Of a stretch of 64,000 nt of DNA, positions 1 through 12,454 are shown one piece after another (positions within the stretch are counted from its first letter, which is position 1; each line of letters begins with the position of its first letter). This stretch comes from Eledone cirrhosa (taxonomy: Eukaryota). Location: contig OZ024740.1 in assembly GCA_964016885.1 (NCBI GenBank), forward strand, positions 372,992,001-373,056,000. The letters are read 5' to 3'. A program made the position numbers and the translations under genes. Under the pieces are notes generated by a model. The model had not been told where the DNA came from. It saw only the letters and a program-made list of their open reading frames with translations, and searched no databases.

Positions 1-519
1 TTCAGTAATTAAGTCATATGGTAACATAACACATTTTTCGCCAGCGACATATCTAATTATGAATAATAACCTCACAAATCGAAACCCATAAACAGATACA
101 TAGAAGAAAAGTGTGGTTGTTAATAGTTTGTAATTGACAGAAGCATGCTTGTCATCAAAATAGAGTATGATTCATTTAATGATTGTATAATATATGGCGG
201 AAGGCGTTATCGGCTGGTGCATACTCGAGATTAATTCACATTGGTACAATTGTTCTTTTCTTACTTGCGGTATGCCACATGTCCGTTCTTAATTTACAGT
301 ATTCTTAAGAGGAATCAAATTCAAGGATGATAGATTCAAGAGCAATCGTTTATTATGCCATGTTGCATCTGATTTATTCGATGTTTTTCAAAGGGAACCT
401 CAACTCGTTACGACAATTGAACAATAATATCTGGCCTGTAGGATGTATTTTACAATTTTAATATCTGGTTTTCGTATCACCCCTTACCTATGGACATGAA
501 ACTTGGGCATCAACCGAAA

Positions 520-883
520 GAATGCGATTGCGAATGAAAGCGGTCGAAATGGGGTTCCTCCGATGGGGGAGAGGGTCTTTGGAATAACGTTATTCGATAG
601 AGTGTCATTCGAGTTAGAACCGCTACTTCTCCGAATTGAGAGATCACAGTTCCAATATTACGGGCATGTGGGTAGAATGTCTCAGGAAGGATTTTACGTG
701 CAAAACCAACCGATGGGAGATCCCGTACAAGATGGTTCGATAAAATCCATGAACTTGGCTGATCTCTGTTGGGCATCCAGCCAGATCAGTCGGAGACGGT
801 TGTGTCTGTCAGGAGTGTTTGAAGACTATGTCCCCATGGCTGTATCAGAAATTAGTGAACGAAGAAGAAGAAGAAGAAGAAGA
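520..883 (+). mobile_element. Decayed 3' fragment of an RTE-type non-LTR retrotransposon with (GAA)n tail
   Basis: Translation FGITLFDRV...LEPLLLRIERSQFQYYGHVGRM matches the RTE C-terminal pattern LLxIExxQLRWxGHVxRM; ends in (GAA)n at about 861-883; similar to 22900-23343. Confidence 0.7.
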
Positions 884-953
884 AATATTTATATAGACAT
901 TTATTTCCGTGATATTAATGTATCCGTTGGTTCTATTTTCGCTGTTGTAGTGC

Positions 954-1023
954 ATGTCCAGCCCTGGTCTGCTGCATGTATATATATATATATATATATA
1001 TATACATGCAGCAGACCAGGGCT

Positions 1024-1029
<6 letters not shown>
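954..1029. repeat. Perfect inverted repeat centred on a (TA)n run
   Basis: atgtccagccctggtctgctgcatg-(TA)n-catgcagcagaccagggctggacat. Confidence 0.9.
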
Positions 1030-1060
<31 letters not shown>

Positions 1061-1064
<4 letters not shown>

Positions 1065-1260
1065 AGGAAGTGTGGTAAGGAACCAGATAGACCATAACGC
1101 ACTAGAGTACTCAATACTTAGTGTAGTAGAATGGGTAATAGAAAATGTTTAACTCCGACGGCAGAGCTCAAGCTATTTCGAAGCGGCTTGAGCTCTGCCG
1201 TCGGGGTTAAACATTTTCCTATTTGACCTTTTCTGTTTCCAACGGAAATTTTAATACTTA
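1061..1260 (-). mobile_element. Small fold-back element in (TA)n (probable PLE pLTR remnant), family shared with 14245-14446 and 30936-30972
   Basis: Hairpin 1137-1223; reverse complement of 1061-1180 aligns with 14325-14445 (gcttgagctc...tattgagtact...ggttccttaccaca). Confidence 0.7.
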
Positions 1261-1385
1261 TATATATATATATATATAAATATTAGTAAAAGGAAAAGAA
1301 AATGCTGAAAAATGTTTTCCAGTGAAAAATAGTTTAATTAGGAATAAGTATAAATTAGTAATTATATTAATATATATTCTCGCCT

Positions 1386-1500
1386 GCCCTCTAGTCCAGT
1401 AGTCGCAAGCGGTAGGAGGGACCGTCCTGACGAAGGCCAGTTAAGCCTGAAATGCATAGACGGTTGTCCCCCTCGCTTCTGCTGGACATCACCAGAGGGC
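1386..1500 (+). ncRNA. Minimal type I hammerhead ribozyme in an extended rod-like stem I
   Basis: ccgtc-CTGACGA(1427)-aggc/cagttaa/gcct-GAAA-TGCA-TA-gacgg; outer pairings gaggga/tccc-ctc, aagcg/cgctt, gtccagtag/ctgctggac, gccctct/agagggc; lies in a roughly 290-bp insert next to (TA)n. Confidence 0.85.
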
Positions 1501-1611
1501 GTTAACCCACCGGTGTTTTCATAGCTACGGCTTCCTAAAACCCTATTTCTTTGGAGATACGAAATATTTATACATATTGTATAAAGCTATGCTTGAAGCG
1601 AAATCCTATTT

Positions 1612-1665
<54 letters not shown>

Positions 1666-1689
1666 TTATACATATATGGAAATTCCTCC

Positions 1690-2990
1690 AAGACGAGTCA
1701 AATTTTGAGTTTCACATATTTTTCTTACTTCAGTCGATATTGTAAATATTCTTGTGTAGCGATGAGTTCTATTCTATTTGGCTATATCTGGTCATGTGAT
1801 ATACCACATTGAACGTGGCAATCTCTTATAGATAAAATTTAATAAATGGTAATTTCCCTGTTTCATTGGTTTGATATTTGACTCGAAGAATGTGTACCCA
1901 TACCGATTAAAGACGCCTTTCTAACCGGTAAACAAGCGCCGTAACGAAACAGGATACTTTCGGGGTGCATAAGGTTGTATTACAACAGTTACATGTTGTT
2001 CGGGGGATGACGATTACACGGGAATGTGTTTAGGATGTTAATGTTGGGTCATCTATGATGCGCTGTTGATATATTAATAAATGATCTCACACTTGTGTGA
2101 ATTGTAGAACTTTGGGCATTTGAATGTGGGCTGTAAACAATTGCTTATTTGTGTATGTTCGTGGAGATTTCTATGTTATGAGATGGAATAAACGAGAATA
2201 ATATTTATTTTACTTATATCTCGTCTGAGGTATTAATTTCACTGAATCCGTTTATATGTAATGATGACTATACTAGTATGACAGTTGTAGGCGGATCTAT
2301 TGATTATACCATTGTCCGAGTGTAGATCAAAGAATATTCTAATTGTTACAGCCAAAGGATTCCTATTTATGTATACCGGTGGTTGAAATTCCTATTGCTG
2401 TATATTATGCCCGCATTCGATTATCTCTATGAACAGTCTTTCCATGTTCTCAAATATCTTTCTGGTACTTCCGTTGTAATCTTGCTAAACCATCGTCAAT
2501 AATATAGTCTAGAGTTATGCCGGGTTCACTTTATGAGAATGCCAAGATATAATAATTCACAACATCTAATGGTTGATCCATGTGGAGATTCGGTTTCCTT
2601 TTTGCTGCAGAAGAAATTCACGGCCGCTTTTCGTTTATACAACGGTTATCGTAATGATTTGTATCCCTTAATGGATTCATTTATTATAGAGAGTCGAATT
2701 GGGTGAAAGTGCAGATTTTCAATGCCGTTGAAGCAATTGTTTACGGAGGTACTGCAAGCGTATTCCTCTTATCCCATTATGCTACCTTTGTTAACTATTC
2801 GCTTTTCGCCATTGAATAGGTTAATTACCTGTCTTTTAAATTTAAGGAGGTAAATGGTCTTGTGATGCCTGGTAGATATATATGATGAATGTAGAGCTAC
2901 TTAGCCATATATGCCAGCGTCCGATGCTTCAATATCTATAATTTTATACATGGGGGCTCGTTTTTATGATTTCACGTAAATATAAATCAT
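1690..2990 (-). pseudogene. Highly decayed PLE RT/GIY-YIG remnant (tentative)
   Basis: Scattered minus-strand motifs in the expected order: YIIDDG (RT YxDD-like, about 2500), TFPCNR..TCNCC (Cys linker, about 2000), FNVVYHMT (GIY-YIG start, about 1805); many stops and frameshifts. Confidence 0.35.
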
Positions 2991-5053
2991 CAAAAGTTAG
3001 ATACCAATTGTAATTCAGACATGCAAGTGCATGCCCAGTACAATCCAATAATGAACACCTCACATAACTAAAACAGTGCAACATTTGCAGTCACATAAAT
3101 AAAGACGAAACGAAATCACATGTGCATGAGCACAAAACATTGTGGCTGAATATTTTACTCCAACACATATTCAACATACAAGTCAATAAAGGAAAAAAAA
3201 GAAACCTTAAGAAAATAATAGAGGAATAGAATTCATTACTTAATTGTATATATTTACATAACATTAAGCAAATAGAAACATCTCAGTTCGTAACATATGC
3301 TTGAAAATGGGTTCACTATCGTAAATAAACTGTAAATTTCAAATTAGATATATTGTTGAAGAGGCAATACTGCAAAGAACTGTACACAAAGAATTAACAG
3401 AAAAAATATGAAAACAGGAATAGAATTCAGTCCAGTGTGATAAAAGCAATAACCAGTGTAAAATGGATCTCATGTACAAATATGTTTTCAATACTATTCC
3501 TAGTAAAAGAATACGAAAATATCGCCAAACGTCAAATAACCATATGGAAGCCAAACTGCACATTATAAAAAGGCGGTTACCGGAAAAAAAGATCATAAAA
3601 AAAAATCTGTTACTAGTTTATGAAGGGATTCAAGACAAAGACTGTAAAAATTATCAACCGAAGATAGATAGTTCCGCCAATTTTGTCATTCAATAACGCA
3701 TCATGAATGAATGAAAAATCTATTTCGTATTTAAAAGAAATTGAAAGCACGTAAAATTTAAATTCGTTAATAACAAATGGATTTGTAAAAATTATTGCCA
3801 CTGCACGGCAATTCTCAGGAAAATCAATTACTTTTCGTGACAATCAGCTAACTCGCAATCACTCTTTCTTTACATTGGTCTTATTGCTGCAGCATCATAC
3901 TCAGGTAGATGTTAAATCTCTCACAATTTCTGTTTTCAGAAGTACTTACACGTATATAATTTTATTTCTTAAAAGTTGTTTCATTACTTTCGTTTCTAAA
4001 AGTTTATCCATTGCATTAGCAATAGCAAATTAAATTTTCTTGTTAAGAGGTGGCCTATCATCTAAATGTTTGTCTTTGTCGCGAAGGAAAAGATAAAACG
4101 TTCAATATTCGCATTACCCAACGTCAAACACAAACGCACGTACTCACACACACATACACACCACACACCGTACCTATATGTGTGTGCGTGTGAGGGGGGG
4201 GGGGGGGGGTGTATGAGTGTAACTTATATAGAAACTGGCGATCGTAATAATTAAAAACAATGTGGAATTTACTTAGCCATCACGCAAACTAGACAGAAAT
4301 CTCATGTAAGAGAAATCTATAAATTCCATATATTTCCTTAACTAGACATAGTTGTTATATATCTCCCAAACTAAAATTGTATTAGATAAGAACAACCCAC
4401 CAATCTGATTTAAGAAATGTATACATACCTGACAGTTATAAATACACAAATGTAACTGCTTATTGGTTCGAGAGCGACGAAGCTGATAACACTCTTGCTA
4501 ACAAAATCTGAAACATGTATCCTATAAATGATCTTGATTTTGAAGCGCTGTGAGCTTTTAAAATTCAAAAGTCCGAGAAAGGCAAACGCTGAAATTAGTT
4601 CTAATAGGAATGTTGCATTATAAAGGGTAGTTGGAAAAATTTGAAAAGTTAAACTTAGGCTCGGTAAGAATTGAACAGACGCGTCTACAAATAATGGTAT
4701 ATAAGAGATGCATGGTGCGTTCCCTCCTAATCGGATTTGAAGACTTTTTTCCGTAGAAATATCCTCATACATTATCTATAGCGAGAGACTGTTATTGCAT
4801 AATCTTCCTACATAAATATAGATTGAGAAGAATGTAAGTATGTGTTGCAGCATGAGTAATAACGTTATTGCCTTTTTACAATTGTTTCCATATCGATCAA
4901 CTCAGAGTACAATTAACTGACGGGTCACGACACATTTCAAACATCTCGTCAGATATGCGAGTTTATAAATGCAAAGACACACCCACACACTCACACAAGC
5001 ACACACACACAGACACACACACACACATATATGTTAATCTGTTATTTTAATAA

Positions 5054-5133
<80 letters not shown>

Positions 5134-5289
5134 CAAAAGGAATATTTAGTTTCTTGGTAATTCACCAAATATATATATTTATAACGGATTCGAAGCCATC
5201 GGTAGATTTTCTGGAGTATGATTGCGCACCTCGTCGAGTGCTCCAGCCTGCATACTGAGGTGTCGGTAAACAACCAACACATACTCAAA

Positions 5290-5337
<48 letters not shown>

Positions 5338-5378
5338 ATGATATTAATAAATAAAAACTATCTTTATGAAACCATATT

Positions 5379-5440
5379 TATCTTATTATATATATTTCAA
5401 GGGTACCAACATTTTTGTTACGCTCTCATCAGACAAAATA
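5379..5440 (-). ncRNA. Hammerhead ribozyme, diverged member of the 57.9/61.1/63.8 kb family
   Basis: tattttgt-CTGATGA-gagcgtaaca..tgttggtaccctt-GAAA-TATATA-TA-ataagata; 8-bp stem I; downstream flank aligns with 58370-58410. Confidence 0.7.
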
Positions 5441-5560
5441 CAAATTGTTTTAAAGTTAGTTACATATCCCAAAACAAGAACTTATCGTTTGAATATTCAA
5501 AAATAGACATTGCATTTTTGAAAATAGCATATATTTTCACTAGCTCTGACAGCTTGGAAG

Positions 5561-5626
5561 GTGAACATTGAGCTGTACTGATGAAGGGTGATACCCAGAA
5601 ACATTAGTGTCTGCAGTTCTGTTCAC
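5561..5626 (+). ncRNA. Type I hammerhead ribozyme (GUC site)
   Basis: gtgaaca..gagctgta-CTGATGA-a-gggt/gat/accc-a-GAAAC-attagt-GTC-tgcagttc-tgttcac; long stem I; A.A mismatch at the base of stem II. Confidence 0.8.
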
Positions 5627-5999
5627 ATTGTAACACAAGACCTAGAATGACGGGTTCATTCTACTGACATGGCTATAAAATTGAGGCCTGTTTGCAAAAT
5701 TGCAAACGAATCGAATGTTATTATTAATATTAGAAAAACTCAGATTACATTTATTGTATTCAGCTATGTTGAGCGAAAATTATCTTTTTTATTTGAATTT
5801 GGCAAAGCCGGCCATTTATCGCTCGTATACAGGAAACTGACTGGCCAGTCTGCTGCTATGCGAATCTGGCTGTTCGGTGGACTGGCTAATATGAAGATCT
5901 GACTGATCAGCCAATCTGCTAATATGCAAATCAGGCCGATCATTCACTGTGTATTTTTGAAAATAGCATATATTTTCACTAGCTCTGACAGTTTGGCAG

Positions 6000-6065
6000 G
6001 TGAACAGTGAACTGTACTGATGAAGGGTGATACCCAGAAACATTAGTGCCTGCAGTTCTGTTCAC
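6000..6065 (+). ncRNA. Second hammerhead copy, cleavage triplet mutated to GCC
   Basis: Same fold as 5561-5626 but GAAACattagtGCC. Confidence 0.65.
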
Positions 6066-6853
6066 ATTGAAACACAAGACCTAGAATGACGGGTTCATTC
6101 TACTGACATGGCTATAAAATTGAGGCTTCTTTGCATAATTGCAACCGAATCGAATGTTATTATTAATATTCGGAAAACTCAGATTACATTTATTGTATTC
6201 AGCCATGTAGAGCGAAAATGTTTTTTTAAATTATATATATATGCAATTTCAATTGTTCTCCACTGCTACAGCAATCCTGAGTGATTTGCATTCTTCATTC
6301 TTGAAATAGAGGATTGAATATTGACCTGTTATAGAAATGTATAGCAAAAATTAAACTAGTATGGATTCAGAGGTTAAATGAATGCATAGAATCACAAATA
6401 TGTTCGTTATTGCAATATATAATTCTAACAATATACTTTTCTACAGCAGATATTCGGAAGCACACCGAAATATTTATGAATGTTAAAATGTTCTACGCAC
6501 TTACTCACACATTCAATCCCACAAACACACAAACACACATACCTGCGTAGCTGACATTCCGGAGCTACAATGCACACTGCATAGCCATTATAAAAAAATA
6601 TTTACACTACTTCGGTTTTCACTATGTAGGTGACACATCCTAACGCACTCGCACGCGAACACCCGCATGGACACCCCCTACACTCACACGCACACACATA
6701 CACGCACACACTCACACACATATATATATGCAAATGTATATTCATTTTGTTAAGGCTAGTCACTCATGTTACTCACTAATTAGCCTTATAAATAGTTTAT
6801 CACAGGGTCATCAGACACACACGCAAACACACACATACTTGCACGCACCTCCC

Positions 6854-6886
<33 letters not shown>

Positions 6887-7581
6887 CGGATCCTACCACA
6901 AGGGTTTACACTCTTGAATACCAATGCGATTTCAACTCGGAACCGGGCCATCACTCACACATACACATCGACAACTATTCAGAAATGTAGACACACACAG
7001 ACACTTACACCATTTTTACCCACACGCAACAATACATTTCACACGAACCCACATCGCCAACTCCTCACCACAAAACACACACACATGTGCGCATCCTCAC
7101 ATGCACCCACACTGCCTCCAGATCCCGCATGATCTCCACCACCCCATCCGACCCCTGTCCATCCACACGCACACACATGTATTTAAACATGTATGTATAG
7201 ATTGTTGGACAGATGGGTTGATGTTTGTACTGTGATTCAGTACGGATGGTTATAAGCCTAGCCCCATCAGAGCTTTTCACGCTAATCTTGCCGTTGTTTC
7301 GTTTCACATGAAATACATTTGAGAATGGAAGGGTTATTTAAACACATAGGTCGTTTAAGAAATTAGAGAAATGAAATATTATTATGTTTTAAAAATACGG
7401 TAGGAGATTATTTGTGGGAGATAAATTTGAAGCACGAATTTCGAAACATATGCATATCGAAAGCGAAATATTTATTATAAGTTAATATTGTCTTGAGTTT
7501 CTTATTTCAAAGTTGGTGCTAGTTGATAAGTACACATGCACAACCCCCTTCCCACACACATATATATATGTATATATATAT

Positions 7582-7960
7582 ATATTGTTATGCTTTGGGG
7601 GGGTCATGCTGCCAATAAGAAACACACGCACCAGTTGCTTTCACTCCAATTTATTATAAATAAAATTTATAAATTTCCGGTTGGTTGGTTGGTTCTATAA
7701 CCGGACGGTTGTTCATATATTGTCAAAGATCTTTCGTAACACATTCTCTGACCTCTTCAGTGATTGGGTATTCTTTTTTTTGTTTTGTGTCTCTCCTTTG
7801 TTCTGACCGGAAATTTATAAATTTAATTTATAATAAATAGGAGTGAAGCACCCGGTGCGTGTGTTTCTTTTTGGCAACATGACCCTCCCAAAGCATAATA
7901 ATATCGGTTTCAACACACGTTTTCAGATAAAGAATCTTGCTAAACAAATTCAGAAACGAA
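7582..7960. mobile_element. Fold-back PLE remnant with decayed minimal HHR (7723-7763, -) in the spacer
   Basis: Arms about 7582-7681 and 7806-7903 are inverted; tail atgaccctccc..ataa.aatatc.gtttc.acacacg resembles the 3' end of the 41353-44857 PLE; minus strand tca-CTGAAGA...GAAA-GATC-TT-tga. Confidence 0.7.
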
Positions 7961-7966
7961 ATATAT

Positions 7967-8001
<35 letters not shown>

Positions 8002-8639
8002 ACTGTATGTGTGTGTGTATACGTACATACTTACATACGCATGCCAATTATAATTACATTTCTTACATATTTCCTTCCTGACAGTTTTGCTTCCTGTTTT
8101 CTGAGAAACAAATACGGGATTGGATATTTTCCAACTCTAGATTTGCGTAGCTCATTTCTATAGGAAGAAAAGCAGTGAGAGTATAAAATCACAAATACGT
8201 ACATAATAAATACTATATTAATTTGCTATATTTGCTAATAACAACAACATCATATTGAGTCTCGTTGAAATAAATTCTTGATGATCAGATATGCAAACCA
8301 CCTTCTTATTTTTCTGATCGGGAATTACATTAATATTCTATAAAGCAATTGACGAAATATAGAAATACTATGTACCGTTCATATTCAATGCAATCACTAA
8401 CGTATATGTAACATTAAGCATAAACACGCACATAAATCATACATAATTATATATGTAAGTATGCATGTGCGTGTGAGTACGTTTGTTTTTGTACGCGCGG
8501 CTGTGCGGCTGTGATAACGTTAGAGTATGACCAAATTCTATGGTCTTTTAAGATCACGAATACACACATTAAAAAGGCATGTCCACCTAACCTAATTGTA
8601 GTGAACATGATTCCGATGTAGGATCCTAATGTGAGGGTA

Positions 8640-9260
8640 ATGGGAAATTTATGATAATTACCCCGTATATTACACCGTCTATGTCGCCATCAGATCAAGG
8701 GAGGTAAAGCTGTGGCACTATTTCCTCTTAAATTCTATTTTCAACATACAGCTTGCACTACAATACACTTTCTATTTCGACGAGATAGCTGAAGATTGTG
8801 GTAACCCCAACAATATCGCTCAGCACAGCAGACAAAACAAATATGTGCAAAAACAATGGAATAGACGCTTGAATCTCATGAGTTAATCTGGTAATTTGCC
8901 GGGTTTGTTTTCCATGCACTAGTCGTACAAAGAGTCTTGGTGGGATTGAAGAATCAACCAACAATAGCTGAACATCGGTTGTTTTGATATAGTATACTGC
9001 TCGTTACGGTGATGAGTTTTCCAGATGGTTGCTCCACCGAACGAACTGTCAGGAAAATTTAAGGGAAAGTGACTTAGCATTCCACGGCTACGTGCGCCAT
9101 TTATGTAATACTTAATGTTACAATGTTGCTCTTTAGAATTACGAATAGAATATATTTTTCTCACTTGGCTCAACGCAATATAAAACATCTTGCTGATCAA
9201 TCACACGATCACGAGTCAAACAGTTTAGTCCCTACATCATGCGGCCTCAGGTTTAACTTA
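8640..9260 (+). pseudogene. Possible very old PLE coding remnant
   Basis: Frameshifted PSD(K)GGKAVAL (about 8690), ATCAIYVI (about 9090) and a PxGLN-like end (about 9250). Confidence 0.25.
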
Positions 9261-9390
9261 TATATATGCTAAGCCTAATATGGACATTGACTGTAATAAT
9301 GCTAAATATTTATTTAACACCCTATATACATACGTGATATATATTAGCATGTGTATTAAAATTCATATCTGGAGCTGTGAACGTGTGGAT

Positions 9391-9683
9391 ATAATAATTG
9401 TTTCTACTATTGGCACAATGCCAGCAACTACCTCAGCGTATTACTGGTACTTTATTTGACCGACCCCGTAAGGATGAGAGGCAAAGTTAAACTCGGCCGG
9501 ATTTGAACTCAGATCATAAAGGGCCGTTGTAATAATTGTTTCTACTTTTGGCACAAGGCCAGCAATTACCCAGTGCATTACTGGTACTTTATTTTATCGA
9601 CCCCGCAAGGATGAAAGGCACAATTAACCTCGGCGGGATTTGAACTCAGAATGACAAGGGCCGGAATTCTATGCGTCAAAGCA
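9391..9683 (-). mobile_element. Two tandem 5'-truncated copies of a tRNA-derived SINE
   Basis: Both match 20227-20412 (ataattgtttctact..ggcacaaggccagcaa..ccccgtaaggatgaaaggc..tttgaactcaga). Confidence 0.85.
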
Positions 9684-9950
9684 GTAGCGACTTCGAAGCA
9701 AATTCTCTGAGGATTTGCTTCGAAGTCGCTACACGTATCTGAGGCACTTGCGAATCCAGAGTCAGGTTCGATCCTTAAATAGATCGCACCTCAAGCCGTT
9801 CGCCGGAGAAACAATTGTAATACGTTAATAAATTGTGTTTCGATGCATCACTGATTCTTCGTTTTTCATATTATTATACTCTGCTCTGATGGAGCATAGA
9901 GTGCTCAACTGGCATACCGCCTATGGAAGCATCCAAGCAACCTTACCACA
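9684..9950 (+). mobile_element. Small HHR-bearing element with a 49-bp 5' palindrome (9684-9732); family shared with 30275-30525
   Basis: gtagcgacttcgaagcaaat..atttgcttcgaagtcgctac; 9733-9865 aligns to the reverse complement of 30275-30404; 9876-9940 aligns to 30457-30520 directly. Confidence 0.7.
9733..9825 (+). ncRNA. Hammerhead with 62-nt stem II insertion (core A9 altered in this copy)
   Basis: acgtat-CTGAGG(c)-[62 nt, gcgaa...ttcgc]-GAAAC-AATT-GTA-atacgt; perfect 6-bp stem I. Confidence 0.6.
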
Positions 9951-10239
9951 AATATATATATATAAATATATAATTACGGCTTAACGCAAGAGACCGAGGG
10001 GTAAAAGAAAGAGTAAAATATGTATTAGCAGACGTGAGCTGAAGAGAAGTGACGCAACCACCATCATATGATAAATAGACGTGTGTGTTTAGGTTGTTAT
10101 ATATTGCCACTATTACCAAGATTTGCTTTAGGAACTGATTTTGAGTAAATCCATCGTTTTTGTTCTACTACTTCAAAAATATTCTGCAAACCCTTGTCGT
10201 TGGGCATTACAGCAAAGATGAGTTAACAATGATTTCTAA

Positions 10240-10310
10240 TTTTGAACTCGGTTCTCAGTGCTGCAAAGCATAGTGTCCGACGCTCTACTGATACTGCCAA
10301 TCTACCGCCC
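10240..10310 (-). mobile_element. SINE 5' (tRNA-head) fragment
   Basis: aaagcatagtgtccgacgctctactgatactgccaatctaccgcc matches the head of 20227-20412. Confidence 0.75.
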
Positions 10311-10645
10311 TAAGTTAATGCTACAACGTTAAAAATAGGTTTCTGAAAGTGTGTAAAAATACGTTTCCTTTTCCCAAGAACACTGTAAAAGATAACTGGA
10401 ATTTTCTATCGATATTACTTTCAAAGTAAAGCAATAATACATTTCATTCAAATATTGAGATGACTATTGAATTAACGAAATGTACACAAAAGAGTGTCTT
10501 ATTTCCCAAGTCGAGAGGAAATGGTCTAAAATATTAATTCACAACGGTAAACAAATGTAAACAAACATGAAATGTGAAATACAGACTATGACAAAATCAC
10601 CCCGAGATCAAAACGATAGTAGCTGAATTGTTTAACTGCAAAGAG

Positions 10646-10683
<38 letters not shown>

Positions 10684-10872
10684 GGTGGATTGGCAGTATC
10701 GGTAGAGAGTCGGACACCATGCTTTGAAGCATAGAGTTACGTCCCTCTATGATCTGAGTTCAAATCCCGCCGAGGTTAACTTTGCCTTTCATCCTTACGG
10801 GGTCGATAAAATAAAGTACCAGTAATGTACTGAGTAATTGCTGGCCTTGTGCCTAAAATAGAAACAATTATT
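10684..10872 (+). mobile_element. Full-length tRNA-derived SINE (octopod type)
   Basis: A box TGGCAGTATCGG, B box GAGTTCAAATCC, body gcctttcatccttacggggtcgataaaataaagtaccagt, (ATT)n tail. Confidence 0.85.
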
Positions 10873-10880
10873 ATTATTAT

Positions 10881-10913
<33 letters not shown>

Positions 10914-12325
10914 ATGCGCGCACGTGTGTGTGGGGGGGGTATGTGTGTGTGTCTCTGTGTGCGTAATTATGCTGGTAGATGTGGTCCAAAATCTACCTAA
11001 AACGAAATAGAATACCACACAATAGTCATTGGAGGCTACTCACTACTACCAACTTATGTATCAACTGTTATATTATCAAATGATTCTCAATAGGAGTATT
11101 AATTACAGACGTTACAACTTCTCTCCTCACACTTCAAATAATAGCCACAAATCACTCGGATAAAAAACAATCGTTTTGTAGAATGGAGAGGTTGCATCGG
11201 ATTTAAGTAGATATGCCGAGTCTGAATAAAGTATGAGATAATTTCCTTTGAGGTACCTAGCGTTCTGGGATGGTTCAATCAGTATTGATCTAAGGCTAAT
11301 CAACAAGAATAACAACGATCCTACCACAACCAATACGACAATCACTTCCAACAGCGGCGCAACGATAATAACGAATGCTATATAAGAGAGAATATGAAAA
11401 CGCCTTGTATTGTCACAGATGATTTTTCAGGAATTTGTTGTAGTAAATATATATATATTTTGTGCGATTACTATAGAAAATGTCCAAATAAACAGAATCC
11501 CTTATATCAAATAATATGGAAAGTGGAAGAGAAGTTTATATCATACATAAATAGGCGGAGTATATGGAAAATCGCTAAAAGAAAAAGCTGAACATTTTGA
11601 AAATTATTGTAAACACATTATAAATCTATATGCATTCAGTTTGTTTCGTAAATAAACACGAACGAAATGTATATGCGTTTGTAAACATATTATTTGAGAG
11701 GTGTTTGGGTTATTCAAATTTCTAAAGGTTATACGTATCCCTGGAATCAAATCATTTCTTCAAAATTAATGTTTTGACAATTTGTATGGGAGATTAATGC
11801 AATTTTGTTTTAGGCAAATAATTTAGTAAAATATGTTAACAATCTATTGAATGTTGTAGCACATTGTGGTGTTATTTAATTTGACGACTATGTGTACTTC
11901 AATTGAGATCCACACATGAATAATATATAATTAAATTATATTGTATTTTAAACTACTCGACACACCATGCCTTCTTCAGTAGAGTTGTATTCTAGCAGCC
12001 TTTTCGAAATATTTTTTGGGACAGGGTTTATTAGTCGATTAGCCTGTTACAAATGAAGAACTGTTACTATATTTTATCACCCCAGGAAGGGGAGAAGCTA
12101 CGTTTACCTAAGGAAATGCTAAAACTCGAAATATACCACAAAATATGCTTGTCTTACCTTGCAATGTTGCTTTAAAAAGTCTGAAATATTCTCCGTAGCT
12201 GAAATATGACTTAATGTCATATTTAGTATTAGTCTAGTATGATGCACGTGTCCTTATATTTTGGTATGAACGAACGGTTAATCTTCAACTTAACTTATCG
12301 TGATAATTTATTGCATACAAATATG

Positions 12326-12454
12326 TAGAAAACCATTCGCTAGGAGATTTGAAATAGTGATATGGTCACTTACTTATTCTCGGCGTGTTGTTTTTGCCGA
12401 GAATAAGTAAATGACATAGTCACTACTTTAAAACTCAAAGCAAATGGTCTTCTA
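12326..12454. repeat. Imperfect palindrome of about 130 bp (MITE-like or fold-back)
   Basis: tagaaaaccattcgct..tagtgatatggtcacttacttattctcggc / gccgagaataagtaaatgacatagtcacta..agcaaatggtcttcta. Confidence 0.8.

Larger units (their letters stand above)
5515..6220 (+). repeat. Tandem duplication, period 439 bp, each unit carrying a hammerhead ribozyme (retrozyme-like)
   Basis: 5515-5790 is repeated at 5954-6220; CTGATGA cores at 5578 and 6017. Confidence 0.85.

Noticed and set aside
3848-3905. Possible signal-peptide exon (SLFLYIGLIAAASYS then gtagat)
   Set aside because: Short, weak splice sites, no start codon or partner exons found.
10684-10775. tRNA gene
   Set aside because: A and B boxes belong to a multicopy SINE head; no complete cloverleaf.
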